A DNA stretch of 64,000 nucleotides, from positions 188,046,001 to 188,110,000 of the forward strand of contig NC_042998.1 in assembly GCF_006345805.1 (NCBI RefSeq), written 5' to 3'. This document shows positions 12,247 to 26,254 of this stretch, piece by piece. Position 1 is the first letter of the stretch; every line of letters begins with the position of its first letter. The position numbers and the translations under genes were made by a program. The notes under the pieces are model-generated. The model was not told the DNA's origin and made no database searches. It was given only the letters and a program-made list of their open reading frames with translations. Source of the stretch: Octopus sinensis. Its lineage: Eukaryota.

Positions 12247-14479
12247 ACATATATGTATATATATGTTTATATATGTATATATATGTGTGTATATATATGT
12301 TTATATATGTATATGTATATATATGTGTGTATATATATGTTTATATATGTATATGTATATATATGTGTATATATATATGTATATATATGTGTATATATAT
12401 GTATATATATGTGTATATATATGTATATATATATATGTATATGTAAAATATACCAAGGTACCATGGTTAATGGAATTTATTGTTCCTCCTTTTTACAAAA
12501 AACAACTTTGTCTATCATTGTCTGTCACTATAATGTTTATAAATTAGACAAATGAATCATGTATGAAACTTTTGACTAATGGATTTTGAGCTTGTCTTAA
12601 TCTTGATAAAGATACTTCACTTCATTTCTGTTTTTGGAAATCATAATGATTTAGAAATTATAATCTTTTCAAACATAATTGTGTTATCCATGGTTTGGTA
12701 TTATCAATTATGCATTATTAGTTTAAAATTACTATGTTTCATTCATGGCAGTGTTTATAGTTTCCTAAATTCAATATTATCCCTTTACTATATCTGTGAT
12801 TTACAAAAAAGAGTTAAAGTTGATATTTTTGGGGGAAGTTTAAGTACTCTAAATGAAAACTTTTATGAGTGAAGTGTTACACTGCATCAATTATGAAAAT
12901 TTTTAGGAAGTGATTGGTTTATTTTCCTCTCATTGTTTCTTAAAATTTCTTCGAGTTGTTAATAACACAATTAATGAGATGAGAATGTTTTATTTAAAAT
13001 GTTTTGGGAAATTTGTACATATAAATTCATATTCTACCTTGTTATATTTTAAAGTAACATTTTGGATATTAGTTGACAGCTTATTATAAATCAATGTTAC
13101 AAACATTATTTCATTTTAATATTTTTAGCTTAATTTACATTAAAAAAATGTTCTTGTTAGAAACAATCCAAATTTTTAATTATATCTTTACAGTTTTCTT
13201 TAATAATTCTCCCCTCCCCCTTTTTGGGTGTAATCTTTCCTTTCATTTTTACAAAATCAATTCAGTAAATTTTTGACAAATGTATGATTTATATTTTATT
13301 TTCTAAGTTGATTTTTTTTTGGTACATATCCTTTTCACTCTTCAGACCAAGTCACATAGATTTAAAAAAATTTTTCAAGTTCTCTTTTTTTCATTAAAAG
13401 AATATCCCATTTGGATGTACAGATCTACTTTAGTGAGGTTCATTGCTTTGTATTATTTCATTTCCATTTTGGATTGTTCCCTTTTGTAGTCTGGAATTTA
13501 TATTTTTTTCTCTATGAAAAATATGGCATGATTAGTGCCATATTTTCTGGTGCCCTACTTTTGGGGTTTTAAAACAAAACAATTGTTAAAGGCAAACACA
13601 AAAAAAAATGTACATTTATGCCTCTTCTTTTGTTTTAAATGCACAGCATTATAATGAATGAAGGTGTCTAAGAAACCTGCTATTTGAAATATTGTGAAAG
13701 TGAAAATACTGAAACAAACTTACTCTAGAACTTGATCAGTCCTAAAGCTAAACTCTTGTTTCCTTATCATGCATATTTTGTTAATTTATCACAAACTGGT
13801 AATGTTAGATAAATGTCTGATCAAATTCCAATTTCTTAAATTTATTTTTTTAATGTGTATGTTGTGTTAGGGATACAAGCCTGTATCACCTAAAGAATTA
13901 TATTTGGTGCCTACATTATTTGTGCCTTCATATGCTCTACCAAATCAACCAATCAACTAACAATTTAATCTTGCAAAATCTTTTCTTTATTTTGCATTTT
14001 TTAAAAATCCAAAATCAAGTCCATTCAAATACATAATTCTTTTTTCAAACTATGGAAAAATGTAAATATTAAAGAAAATAAATTTTTGCTTTCCTTTTGA
14101 GATTTAAAAAAGTTAAAATCAGTGTTTATTAATTGGAATGCTAGTAGCATGTGTATAACCAAATTATTGTCACTCTTTTATTGGTAATGTTACATAGCAG
14201 TGAAACAAATCTTATATAAAATGTTTGATTTTATATTTCTTTCACAAAGGGTCTAAAATCAAACAGTAGTTGTCACATCTTAACCAATTAGATGATTTTG
14301 TTTTAATTTAGAGATATGAACATAGCAGTTGTTGTGAATTTTTGTTTTAAAAGCTAATTTAATTTGATTAATTATTACTTGTTTAGAAATATCATCTTTG
14401 TTTTACATTTCCAAATTTAGTATAGCCTAATGGTGGAAACATTGCAAATGGTACTTCAAAGTTTCTCTATTTAAAGCAA

Positions 14480-14680
14480 TGAGGTGGCAGAAATGTTATT
14501 ACCTTGCACAAAATGCTTAGTGTCCTTTCTTCTGGCTCTTTACATTCTGAGTTCAGATATTGCCAAGGTCAACTTTGCTTTTCATCCTCTAAAGGTTGAT
14601 AAAATAAGTGTCAGCTCAGCACTGGGATCAATGTAATCAACTTGTCCTAGTATTGATGATCTTGTATTAAAATTTGAAGC
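14480..14680 (+). mobile_element. Degraded SINE family B
   Basis: gaggtggcagaa...ctgagttcagatattgccaaggtcaactttgcttttcatcctctaaaggttgataaaataagtg. CpG-decayed version of 6569-6800. Confidence 0.6.
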
Positions 14681-14924
14681 CCCAATTTTTTTTTCTCATT
14701 TGATTCTTCTAAAAATTGATTTGTACAAATACTTAAGTATTGGCATTCAATAAAATGTTACACTGTTGAAATCACATCTTGATACATCATATTTGTAAAC
14801 TATTGTTATTGATAAATAAGTAGCTTGTTATTAGGTGACATGAATTTTACATTTTGGAAATGTTTTTGTTTTATAGTTAGTGTTGTTTTCTGAAAAATAG
14901 TATATATATATATATATATATATA

Positions 14925-15125
14925 TCATTATCATCATCATCATCATCATCAATTCAGCTTCCATGCTGGCATAGGTGAGACAGTTTGACAGGGGCCGGCC
15001 AGGCAGAAGCCTTGCACCAGACTTCTGTAATTGATATGGCAGGATTTTTACAGCCGGATGCCCTTCCTAACACCAACCACTTTACAGTGTGAACTGGGTG
15101 CTTTTAAGTGGCACCTGCACTAACC
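14925..15125 (-). mobile_element. SINE-like repeat family C (3' part), degraded
   Basis: (cat)n tail and cagccggatgcccttcctaacaccaaccactttacagtgtg motif. Confidence 0.65.
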
Positions 15126-17134
15126 GAGTCCCTGCAATGCCATAATGCATCTAGTGTTCAGTGTTTAACCATTTTGATTCATATTGTGCTCAGATAAAAC
15201 AATGCATGGTAAATGGTTTATAGCCATCAGTTCCTATTTGTTATAGATTAAGTTATGCAAAACACAAAATTGGTTATATTCAAAATAATTGAATTATTTT
15301 GTCAGGAAAGCAACTTCTTTGTAATGCAGTTTTGATTAAAAGAACTTTAATTCAATCTTAAATCTCTATTTGAGGCTGGAATAAGAAATAATATTTGCAC
15401 TTATTAAATGCCATTTTCACAATACATCTTCTGTAAAGTGCCTTGTGATTTATTTAATGCTGATTATGATAGGAAAAAAGTTAACTGATTTAAAATATTT
15501 TTTTTTATCCTTTCATGATTGCATTTAAAAATAAAAGCTATTTCTTACTTTCTGGATTTTAGTTTAAAATGAAACCTGTTCTTCTTTGTTTTAAATGTCT
15601 AAAACATTTCTTATAATTCTTGGAGTTTCTAATAAGCATGCACTCAAACTAGCTCAGGTATTGTTCGATCATTATTAAGTTTGAAATTTTCTCTTCATTT
15701 GTTTAGTGACTTCAGTTATTGTTTATATGAATTTTTACTTTTGAATTTACTTTTTGAAATATATTCTAAAAAACAAAATACTTTTCAATTAAGATTTTGG
15801 TAAAATGCTGATTGTCAACCATTAAGAATATTTTGGATATATATAACATCTATGAGATTATACTGAACTACTGCTCAGATGGCCAAGGATTATAATCTTT
15901 CTCCCACTATTGTGTTGTATCCCTGGAAAGTATATAATTCTGCATGCAGTAGTTTATATGACTTAAAATAATTCCAGTATTACCTCACTTCTACTTTTTC
16001 TGTATGGAGTGATTAATAGTTGGAAAGTCATATAGCTATAAAACAACTCTCCCAGCAAAATTCATCCTATTCATGTTAGCTTTTAAAAAATGGATGCAAA
16101 AATATAAGCAAAACACCATTAGGTAGTGTATTTTGTAGAGCCAAATCATTTGAAGCCTTAATTTATATGCAATTTGAAATTATCAATCCTTATTACTTAC
16201 ATTACCATAGGCTCATAAGTGCCCATCTATTATTGGTTTTAGATTAATATCCATTTGCAGTAACTAATTTGTATCCAATAAACCACTAAATCGAATGCCA
16301 AATCTTTCAGAATTTTGCGTAGTTACTGTTATTTTCTCGTTTATAAAGTATTCTTGCATCTTTCTGATTGATTCTTGCAGTAATTCTTGTAACTTGCTGA
16401 TGTTGCCCTATAATATGATTACTAGCTTATTTTAAGTTTGCATAATGTTAAATGAAATGATTATTTAGTGGAGCAAACACAATAGCATTGAAAATTAAAT
16501 AAAATTTAATCTAAGACTAATAATAAATTTAGGGCTTGCTGTTACTATATAAAAAGAGGAAGCTATAGAATTAGAATTCTTGGTTTCCTGCCCCATGTTT
16601 ATAGAAAAAACTACACTTTCTTTTTGAGCTTGTTCATATGCATATACTAATAAAGAATTAGTTACATCTGCTTCACAAATATTTGTTATAACAATAGTTT
16701 TTTTTATATTTCTTTTAACTATCAATTATATTAATTACATTTTATTGAGCTTAATTTTGTTCATTTTGATCCTGTTTTCATAGTTAAAGCACTGAAACTG
16801 GTTTTTCTTCGACTAAACATTTTTTTTTATTAGTTGAATGACTCCAAAATTGTTTAAACCTAGTGTTCACTTATTTAACATTACTCTTAGCTTCTGCTTT
16901 GATTTGGCATCTTGTATAAATGTTACTTGGTAATGATTTTTAAAGAGATTTAATATATTTCACAATTACTATAAAGTAAATATGTTTTATCTTGTCTAAT
17001 AAATAAATACTAAATTTACAAAATGATGGATAATAGGATTCAGAATTGACATTGAATTTACTCATCGTTTGTCTTAGTTTATAAACATTGCTGGCAAGGA
17101 CATCCTTCATCCTAATTCTTCAAATCATTATGTT

Positions 17135-17172
<38 letters not shown>

Positions 17173-17769
17173 CAAAGCAAGATGACTAAGTGCTAGGCCA
17201 TATTTCTGGATTTCTGGTTCAGTAGTTGTTATATATTTGGTTCTATTTATTTCTGTTTATCTGTTTTGTGAATTAGCTACCAAACCTAGAATTTTAAATA
17301 CATGATACATTTGTTCTTTTTGCAGAAACTAGAATTGATTGATGGTCTTATAAGCTGTGTGTAAGTTATAGGAAAAATTACTTTGACATCTATCTAGGGT
17401 AAAAATTGTTTAAATCTTATATCAGTTTGTTTCTTGGCTGGTTGATTGGATGGAAAAAAATATTAAAAAAAGCAAAAGATCTCAAAAGGAATTGCAACTA
17501 ACCTTAAGGGATCACTGACTATCACTCCTTTTGGTTACCATGACAAAAGGTTTTAAAACATATCCCAAAATGCAGCCAATCTCTGCAATGATATTTATGG
17601 CATATAGAAATGCCAAGTTCAGTGTTCCATGACCAATAATCTTTTGTGAAACACACATTTTGTAATGTTTTCTTAGCAGGAATTATTACGTTAACTGATT
17701 CTAATATTCTAATTATTTAGAAATTCAAAATGTTCAAAATTAGAAGTATGATTAGTAACATTTAAAAAA

Positions 17770-17774
<5 letters not shown>

Positions 17775-17829
<55 letters not shown>

Positions 17830-18070
17830 TAATGTATATATATGTATATATTGTATATATATATATATATATAATGTATATATATGTATATATATAATGT
17901 ATATATATGTATATATATATATATATATGTATATAATGTATATATATGTATATATATATATATATTATATATATATATAATGTATATATAGTATATATAT
18001 ATATATATAATGTATATATATGTAATATATATATATATAATGTATATATATTATATATATAATGTATAAA
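17775..18070. repeat. (TA)n-derived repeat with recurring AATGTATATATA units
   Basis: Read directly from sequence. Confidence 0.9.
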
Positions 18071-19283
18071 GGAAGCAAAATCTTTAAGCTGGGGTTGAAT
18101 TTGAATATTTTTCTCCAAGTTTGAATTCTTGAACAGAAATGATTTTGGAACACTATATTAAATCTTCTTTAAAGTTATTGCAGATTGGCTGTGTGGTCTT
18201 AGAATGATCTCTAAAATGTGGGGTGATGAGAAACATAACCATACATTATTGTCACAATCCCTCCATTTTTTATATGAAGAAAGAAAGAAAAAAAAGGATA
18301 CATTTATAAACTATGTATATATATATATATATATAAATAAACAAAGCAATGTCTTTGACTAAAAACTATTTTTGTGAATTATTGCTGCTTGGTCATTCCT
18401 TGTTATCAACAGTTTATTATTACACTGTGTGGAAATCTGTCAGGTAATTCACATTGTTAAATTTACTCTTATGAAATTGCTGGTGAAAATATGAATTTTG
18501 TTTAAATTTTCTTTTCAGCTTTCTCTTCATATCTGGGATATAGCATCATTGCCACTTCTATTGTTTCTGCTGTTCTATTGTTATTCTTGTTATTCCATTC
18601 ATTTACTTTCTTTTAAATCATTTAAGTTTTTATGTCCACTTTATGACCAAGATGGACAATATGTGCTGAATTTTTTGGTGAACAGGTTCAAGCTTACTTC
18701 ATGGCTTGGCTTTGTAATTAATGTACACAGAGGATGGTTTGCTGAATTAACTATTTCTCTTCTTCCATGGTTTTTTTTTTTTTTCAATTATCAAATATAA
18801 TTTTACTGAAACAATCTTTTTATGCATTGCATTTTTTTCCATCATGGAAGTTGATGAGTTTCTATCAAATTATTTTTTATTAATGCTTCAGGCCATCTCT
18901 TTGACTGTGATTTTGTTATTCTGACTTACCTACTGAAAGTAGGCTTTTCAGCAATGTTATATTGAATAAACACATATTGTTTTTTGTAACTGCACACTGT
19001 AAATGTAATTCATTTTTTGACGAAAAAGGACAAAAAGAAAAAACAAAAAAAGTAAAAACCTGTTACTTTTATTATTAATATTATTATTATTTTTTATTCA
19101 CTTGAAATAAAATCCTGTTATTATAATTGTTTTGAAAATGCATTCTCAAAATATCTGTCCTATTTTCAAGAACTAAATGATCTAATGGTGGAAACATTAT
19201 GAATGTTACTTTAAATGTCCAAAGGTAGATTACACTAGAGATATTTGCACATAATGTGCCTGGGCAGTACACACAAACACACA

Positions 19284-19350
<67 letters not shown>

Positions 19351-19991
19351 TATGCACGCACACATATACCACATGCATACATGATAAAAAGATTTTGAAG
19401 TGAGGTAAGCAAATAGTAATTTTAATTCTTAAAATGAGAGCTTTTAACATTAATACCAAATCTCGTCTTAATTACTGAGTTGATTTTAAAGGAAATCAAG
19501 TGTTTAATATACAGCAGCTTCTAATTCCTATTTTAAAGCATCCCTGACCTGCTGTTTCCCCTCATCAGTCAAAGTAGCTTAATTAATGATTAAACTTTTC
19601 AGATATTCTATTATGAAACTAAAAGGTAAATTGAATTAGAAGAAATCCTAGTGAATGATACCCTTATGGCATTGTAATCATTTTTACCAAATTGAAAGAT
19701 GGGTTCAGCTTCAGCTTTAGCTTTTATATAAGACACATTCCTCATTTTAGTGAAATATGTAGGAAAGTGTTTTAATGATATCAGTAAGGTACTTTTTTAA
19801 AAGTTATTTTCTTCAGCAGTTAATTTTGATTTGGGATTTTGAAAATTTCCATTTGAATAAAAATTTTATTTTGAAATCAGTATAAAGTGAATATGAATTT
19901 GTTTCAAGAAGGGATATCTTTGTGTGTATATATGTGTGTATGTGTGTGTGTGTGAAAAATACTGAGAGTTGAAAATGAGGCAAAACCTTTT

Positions 19992-20034
<43 letters not shown>

Positions 20035-20238
20035 TGTGTGTATATGTATAAAATATATGTATATATGTATGTATATATATATATATATATGTGTATGTAT
20101 ATGTGTATATATGTTATATGTGTATATATATGTATATGTATATATGTATGTAATATATGTATATGTGTGTATGTATATATGTGTGTATGTATGTATATAT
20201 ATATATATCAAAATAAGCAATAAGGATATCCAGAGGTA

Positions 20239-20326
20239 ATGCAGTATAATCATTTCAAGCAACTCGATTTAATTGAACAATGCAATCATTACATCAATTT
20301 AAATGCAGAGCAATCCTCAGTTGCAT
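20239..20326 (-). ncRNA. Type I hammerhead-ribozyme-like motif (degenerate), Penelope-LTR-like repeat
   Basis: Minus strand ATGCAA-CTGAGGA-TTGC...GCTT-GAA-ATGATTAT-A-CTGCAT. Homologous to 32397-32486. Confidence 0.4.
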
Positions 20327-21299
20327 AAAGACATAGAATTAAATTAAAACAGATGGGCACATTAGAATAATTTTACTTAGAACCTCCAAGAAAGTAAGGA
20401 GATGGACAAAGAACATACTGTCTTCACTTCAGCTTAGAAGCAACTAAGGTATCAGGAAGAAAGACTTATTAGAGATCTAGCTTGTCACTGCTTTTTTTTT
20501 TTGGGGGGGGTCAGTTTTAATTTATAGTCTTGTTATCAAATCTTTGTATATCAAAATCTAAGGTCAAAGAACAAAGAGCAGTGCCTCTAAGAAGGGGGCT
20601 GAAGGAGTCGACAGAAATCATAGTGGGTATAGTCACAAAACTATTAAGATTAATTTGAAACAATATGAGATTTGGTAAAGGAAATCTTAAATCAATACGT
20701 TAGCTGACAATTAAAAGGGGCAAGCCACTAGTTGACCATTGATAATGATACGGGGGGGAAATTCTATTATGGGGTACTATAGTTAAATATTTTAAACAAT
20801 ATTAACATATTGTATAAATTTAAAATTTAGGGTCATTCAGAAGATTATTAAGAAGAATATTATAACAAAAGGTGAAACATTTTTTTGAATACTTTTGAGT
20901 ATATACCAAATTTTTCTACAATAGAGGGAGGAAAAGAAATTACATCGAAATAGTTTAATATTTATACATATTATATACTTAAATACTAAGTTAATAGCTG
21001 GTATCTGTGAGGATTGATCAATTGGTATTTAATAAAGGAGAAGTCTTTCTTCCTGATACCTTAGTAGCTTCTAAGCTGAAGTGAAGACAGCATGCTGAAC
21101 AAGAGTCTCTTTTGTACAGGACGTAAGAGATTGTGTAGCAGCTGAACAGGCTAGACCAAGCATAAGCAAGGAACCGTGCCCACCACTGCGCAAGACCACC
21201 ACAGTCAACAGACAATGGGATGGCCTCCCCTGATGCCTGCACAGTCATCACGCCAATATTTTTACCAATGCATCATAATTAGGAAAAGGAGCCATGGAG

Positions 21300-22932
21300 G
21301 GAACACAGACAAGTGAACGAACCAGTGGACTTCATTGCTGCCTTATCTTTAACCAGCGAGGCAGTTACAATAGAATACATTGACATTAGCGAAAAAGATA
21401 TACTACTAGCCATAAATGAGGTGGATGCAAACTCAACTGCTGGTCCTAATGGTCTCCTAACAATTCTTCTCAAATTGTGTAAGCGTGCCCTGGCAAAACC
21501 TCTCCAGATTTTCTCCCAGAGCTTTCTTGCAAATGGCAGACTGCCAACCAATCTGAAGGAGGGAATAATATGCCCAATCCATAAAGGGGGAAGCAGAGCA
21601 GATGCCAAAAACTATAGGCCTATCTCTCTGACTTCACACATCATCAAAGGGAAACTAATTGCATTCCTTGAAGAAAATAAATTGCTGACCAGGTAGGAGC
21701 TGCCTGACCCAGTTCTTACAACATTATGACTGGGTGTTGAGCAGTTACTCAACAACTCAAATGTGGATGTAATATACCTTGATTTTGTGAAAGCTTTTGA
21801 CAAAGTGGATCATGGTATGATATGCCACAAACTGTGTGATCTTAGCAGAGCTGGAAAACTTGGAGTGTAGCTACATGACTTTCTGAAAGAAAGGAGTCAG
21901 GCAGTAGTGGCTAATAGAGCCACCGCTATGAACACACAAATAGTGAGTGGTGTTCCATAGGGCACTGTCTTGGGACCACTGCTTTTCATAGTGGCCCTCT
22001 TAGATATGCACTCAACTGCCTGGATAGTCACCTTTGCTAGCTACATAGGCGATACGAAAGTGTTGCAGAAAACACAGAACCACAGCGATGTTGCACATCT
22101 GCAGCAGGAGTTGGACTCAATTTACAGATGGGCTGAGGATAATAATATGCAGTTTAATGCTGAAAAATTCCACCAGCGTCCACAACTGAATATGGATCTT
22201 ACAAGGTACACTGGTCCATAGGGAATTTCAGTCTCAGAGCCTAAATCAGTGAGGAACCTGGGTATCGACATGAGTGATGATACCTCTTTCCAAGTGCACA
22301 TTACCAGTTGGACTCAATTTACAGATGGGCTGAGTATAATAATATGCAGTTTAATGCTGAAAAATTCCAAGGCCTGCACTGCCACCGTCTACAACTAAAT
22401 ATGAATCTTACAGGGTACACTGGTCCACAGGGAATTTCAATCCCAGAGCCTAAATCAGTGAGGCACCTGGGTATCGATATGAATGATGATACCTCTTTCC
22501 AAGTGCACATTACCAGGATGGTGACAAAGTGCAGATGACTGGCTGGATGGATCCTGAGAGCATTCAGAACCAGAGATAAGGAAACCATAATGGTCCTATG
22601 AATGACATTCGTCTTCAGCCACCTGGATTACTGTTCCCAGCTATGGTCACCCAACAGTGTAAAATTAACAGCGGACCTTGAAGTAATCCAGTGAATCTTC
22701 ACAAAGATCATCTCTTTGCAACAGCTCAGCTACTGGGAAAAACTGAAACAGCTAGAACTCTTGCAAGCTACGCAGACGATATGAAAGTGTCGCAGAAAAT
22801 ACAGAACCCCAGCGATGTTGCACATCTGCAGCAGGAGTTGGACTCAATTTACAAATGGGCTGAGGATAATAATATGCAGTTTAATGCTGAAAAATTGCAA
22901 GCCCGGCGCTACTAGCATCCAAAACTGAATAT
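21300..22932 (+). mobile_element. CR1-group (CR1/Crack/Daphne-like) LINE RT remnant with internal duplications
   Basis: Motifs KNYRPISLTSH, DVIYLDFVKAFDKVDHG, GTVLGPLLFIV, SYADD and WAEDNNMQFNAEKF. Many stops and frameshifts. Confidence 0.88.
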
Positions 22933-23042
22933 TTGCTCGACTAAAAAGGCAGTGCTCCAGTATGGCTGCAGTCAAATGACTGAAACAAATAAAAGAATAT
23001 TTAGACATATGTATATATAATATATATCTATCTATCTATCTA

Positions 23043-23080
<38 letters not shown>

Positions 23081-24030
23081 CACATAATATAAGTAAAACA
23101 AGTTTAACTTTTTGATGTAAGTGAAAAATGAAAACAGGTTTTCACAGAATACATGTTTTTGTATTATAATAGTTGAGCTGAATTTCTATTGGTATACATT
23201 TTCTTAAAGTGAGTTTTATATATGTAATTTATAGAAAGATATTTTACAAAAGTGAGAAAGCTGGAAGGGAAGAAGGAAAAATAAGGAGTCATATGTTGCT
23301 CATATGTATTGGGGTGATAATATAAGTAAAATAATGTGAAATATTTATTTCAGTGAACTAGTAAAACTATTATAAATTTTCTTCATTTATAAAATAGATC
23401 TTTATGATAGTGAAAGTTAACTGTGATTTCTCTAAAAAGATGTTTTTTCTTTTCTTTAATCTCAAATAGCTCATTCTTAAAATTTAGAGATTTTGTCAAT
23501 AGCTTAAAGTATAATATAGGTTTTGTAAAGGTTAACTGATAAAATTTGTGTAGTTTATTTTATGGAACCTTATATGTGGTGGTAGTAGTTGGTTGTAAAC
23601 ATATTTAAATAAGGATGTGTACATTGAGCTTGTTATGTAAAGCTAGAAAGAAAATTTATGAATTTCTACATTGATATTAAATTTACTGTTAATTATTACT
23701 AGTTTAATTAATACCCACAAGAATGTCCTGGACTCAATCTAATATTTACTCCTGTTTTGTTGTGTTGGTCTTTGTAAGAGGTTATCTTGAAAGTTTTGCA
23801 TTTAAAGTACAAACTTATAGAAGAATAAATTTACTGTAGTATTTATAAGTTATGAAGTTTAATGTTTAGTTTTCTGTTCAGAAGATTAATGTTCGGGGTC
23901 TTTCACTCAGTTTCAGTAATATTTGAGAATGTTATGATAGTAAATCTTTGGTGAATTTTCTTTCTGTAGGTTAAGTAGACATTTTTGAGTGGTGATAACT
24001 GTTATTTTCCAGATTTCAAGATTAGTGTTT

Positions 24031-24433
24031 GGATCTTTTCGGTTTGAACAGCAGTTTTTTCTAGCGGTGTCATATGAAATTGTCACCCATAATTATGACC
24101 CTAGTATCAATCTATTGCATTTCAATCTGTTTTACGGTTAGGAGTGGGGGGAAGGGTATCTTTTTTTTCTTCAGAAATGTAAATAAACCCAATCTGTTTC
24201 TTAAACAAGGGACATATTCATACGGCACAGAATGTTTTTTACTTCAATAGATGTATTTGATTGGTTGAAATTGCAGAAAAAGAACAACAAATATCTTACA
24301 AACTATAGAATTTTCTCTATAAAGCCAAGAGAAAAAGATGTTTTATAAACACATTCTACCTGTATACGAAGTTTAAAAGTGTTTAGTTACCTAGAAATTA
24401 TGTTAAAAACTGCCATTCAAACCGAAAAGATCC
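24031..24433. mobile_element. Non-autonomous DNA transposon (MITE, ~403 bp) with ~28-bp TIRs and 8-bp TSD
   Basis: Left GGATCTTTTCGGTTTGAACAGCAGTTTTT; right end reverse complement GGATCTTTTCGGTTTGAATGGCAGTTTTT. Flanks TAGTGTTT (24023-24030) and TCGTGTTT (24434-24441). Confidence 0.85.
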
Positions 24434-26254
24434 TCGTGTTTTTATACTCACCAGAAGCTAGTATGTAGGTATACTAAGTAGTTTCCTTTTAGATACCTAT
24501 CTCTAAGTCACTATAATATATTACTGTTAATTCTGTATTGGAAAACACATGGTTGTTTGTAAATAAACTTAATGATTGTTTATTTGAGATCTTTTATAGG
24601 TTAACTTTGTCACAAATTTCAGCCGTTATTATAAACCACACGATAAAAGCATTTGTGATGAAAATAGACGGTATTTCTTTTAAGAGTATTTTTAAATTAA
24701 AGAAAGATATGAAATTTTCCCCACTGATTTGTATACATGAATATAATCTTTTAATTTTAGTGTTGTTCTATTTATAATCAATGATTTACAAAAGATAGTA
24801 TACATGTAGGGATGTTAGATGAAAGACTTGTGTTATAAAACTTTTGTATCTACTATCTATGTGTTTCTCTCTAATACAAAGATTCTGTGTTTGTTGAACA
24901 TTTTATTAACTAAAGGATTACTTTATTCAGGGTATGAGTTAAGACAAGGAAAAGCTATAACTTAGCAAGAAAATATTTTAAAGCTTTGTAAGTGAAATAA
25001 TACTGACAAAGAATATATTCTACCAGTTGTTCATTTTCCTTTTTCTGCAATCTGTGGTAGTGATGAATTTCTGGGTGGTTAGTTAAAACTCTATACCAAA
25101 GCTTAGAAACTATCTATTCATTGTATCCAACAGAAAGGAAACAAAATAAAAGAATTGGCCAATAAATTTTGTGCATTACAATACATTCTTTATTGAATTA
25201 TAGGTAATTATAATTAGAAAAGAAATCTACAAACTTGCAAGATGTTTTGGAAGAAAAAAATCATTCAGTCATAAAAAACGAACTTGAAATAGCCATTATG
25301 TTCTTCTACTTTAGATACAGAATTATTACTCTAAAAATTTGAGTATGTAAAATCTTGTGCCAAAATGATGTGAGATCTAGTGATATTTAAAAGTTTATTT
25401 TAAATTTCTGAAGATGTAACAATTTACATCAAGTAATCTCATCCAGAAGATGGCAAGTGAAATAGTTCCTTATTTTCACATCAAATTAATAAAATTTAAA
25501 TCTTTAATTTACATGAGATGACAAACTGATAGCTAAAAACACAGTCCATGAAACTTATTCTTTTTTTCAATCCCTTTTTCGTTTCTTATAGACTTTTGCT
25601 TCATTTATGAGTAACATTTTTGTTTTATAATTACATTAGGATTTAACAGCTGAATTACTAGATTTAAAAAAAAATCTTGTTGAGGGATATATTGCTTTTG
25701 TTAACTCACTTATTGATACCTATGACTAGAAGCTTAGTAATTTTTTTTTTACTTCTATGTTCTTATAGGTTATACTTTATTGCAAAAATTAATATCCAAC
25801 TATAAAAATCAACCTTGTCAATTAAATGTCTTCAACTTGATGTGGTACTTCAATAATTATTCTATTGAAAATGTATAATTATTTTAAGAATCTATCTAAT
25901 GTTAAAGAGTTGCTTATCTCACCCATTGTTTCCTACCTCTGCATGTTTGGAGTTTTTCCCAGATATTTTAATTCTGGTTGAACTTCCACTGTGCTGTCTA
26001 CTAGTTCTGTATCATCAAAATATGGCATTCTAGTCGTGCGGTTTACATCACCTGACAATGTGAATTTACTGCTGTACCAGTTCTCTACATATTGAGAGAA
26101 ATCTTTAAACTCTATTACATCTTCCTGTAATTATTTTTTTTTCCCATTGAATAATATGAATAAAGAGTATTATTTTTATTGAAGAATATCTGCTATGTTC
26201 TTGTTATTACAACTGTCAGTTGTTTAATTCTATTTAATTGGAAGAGTATGTTAT

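Noticed and set aside
25405-25435. CTGAAGATGTAA...TTACATC hairpin
   Set aside because: No GAAA or NUH follows. A short stem is expected by chance in AT-rich DNA.
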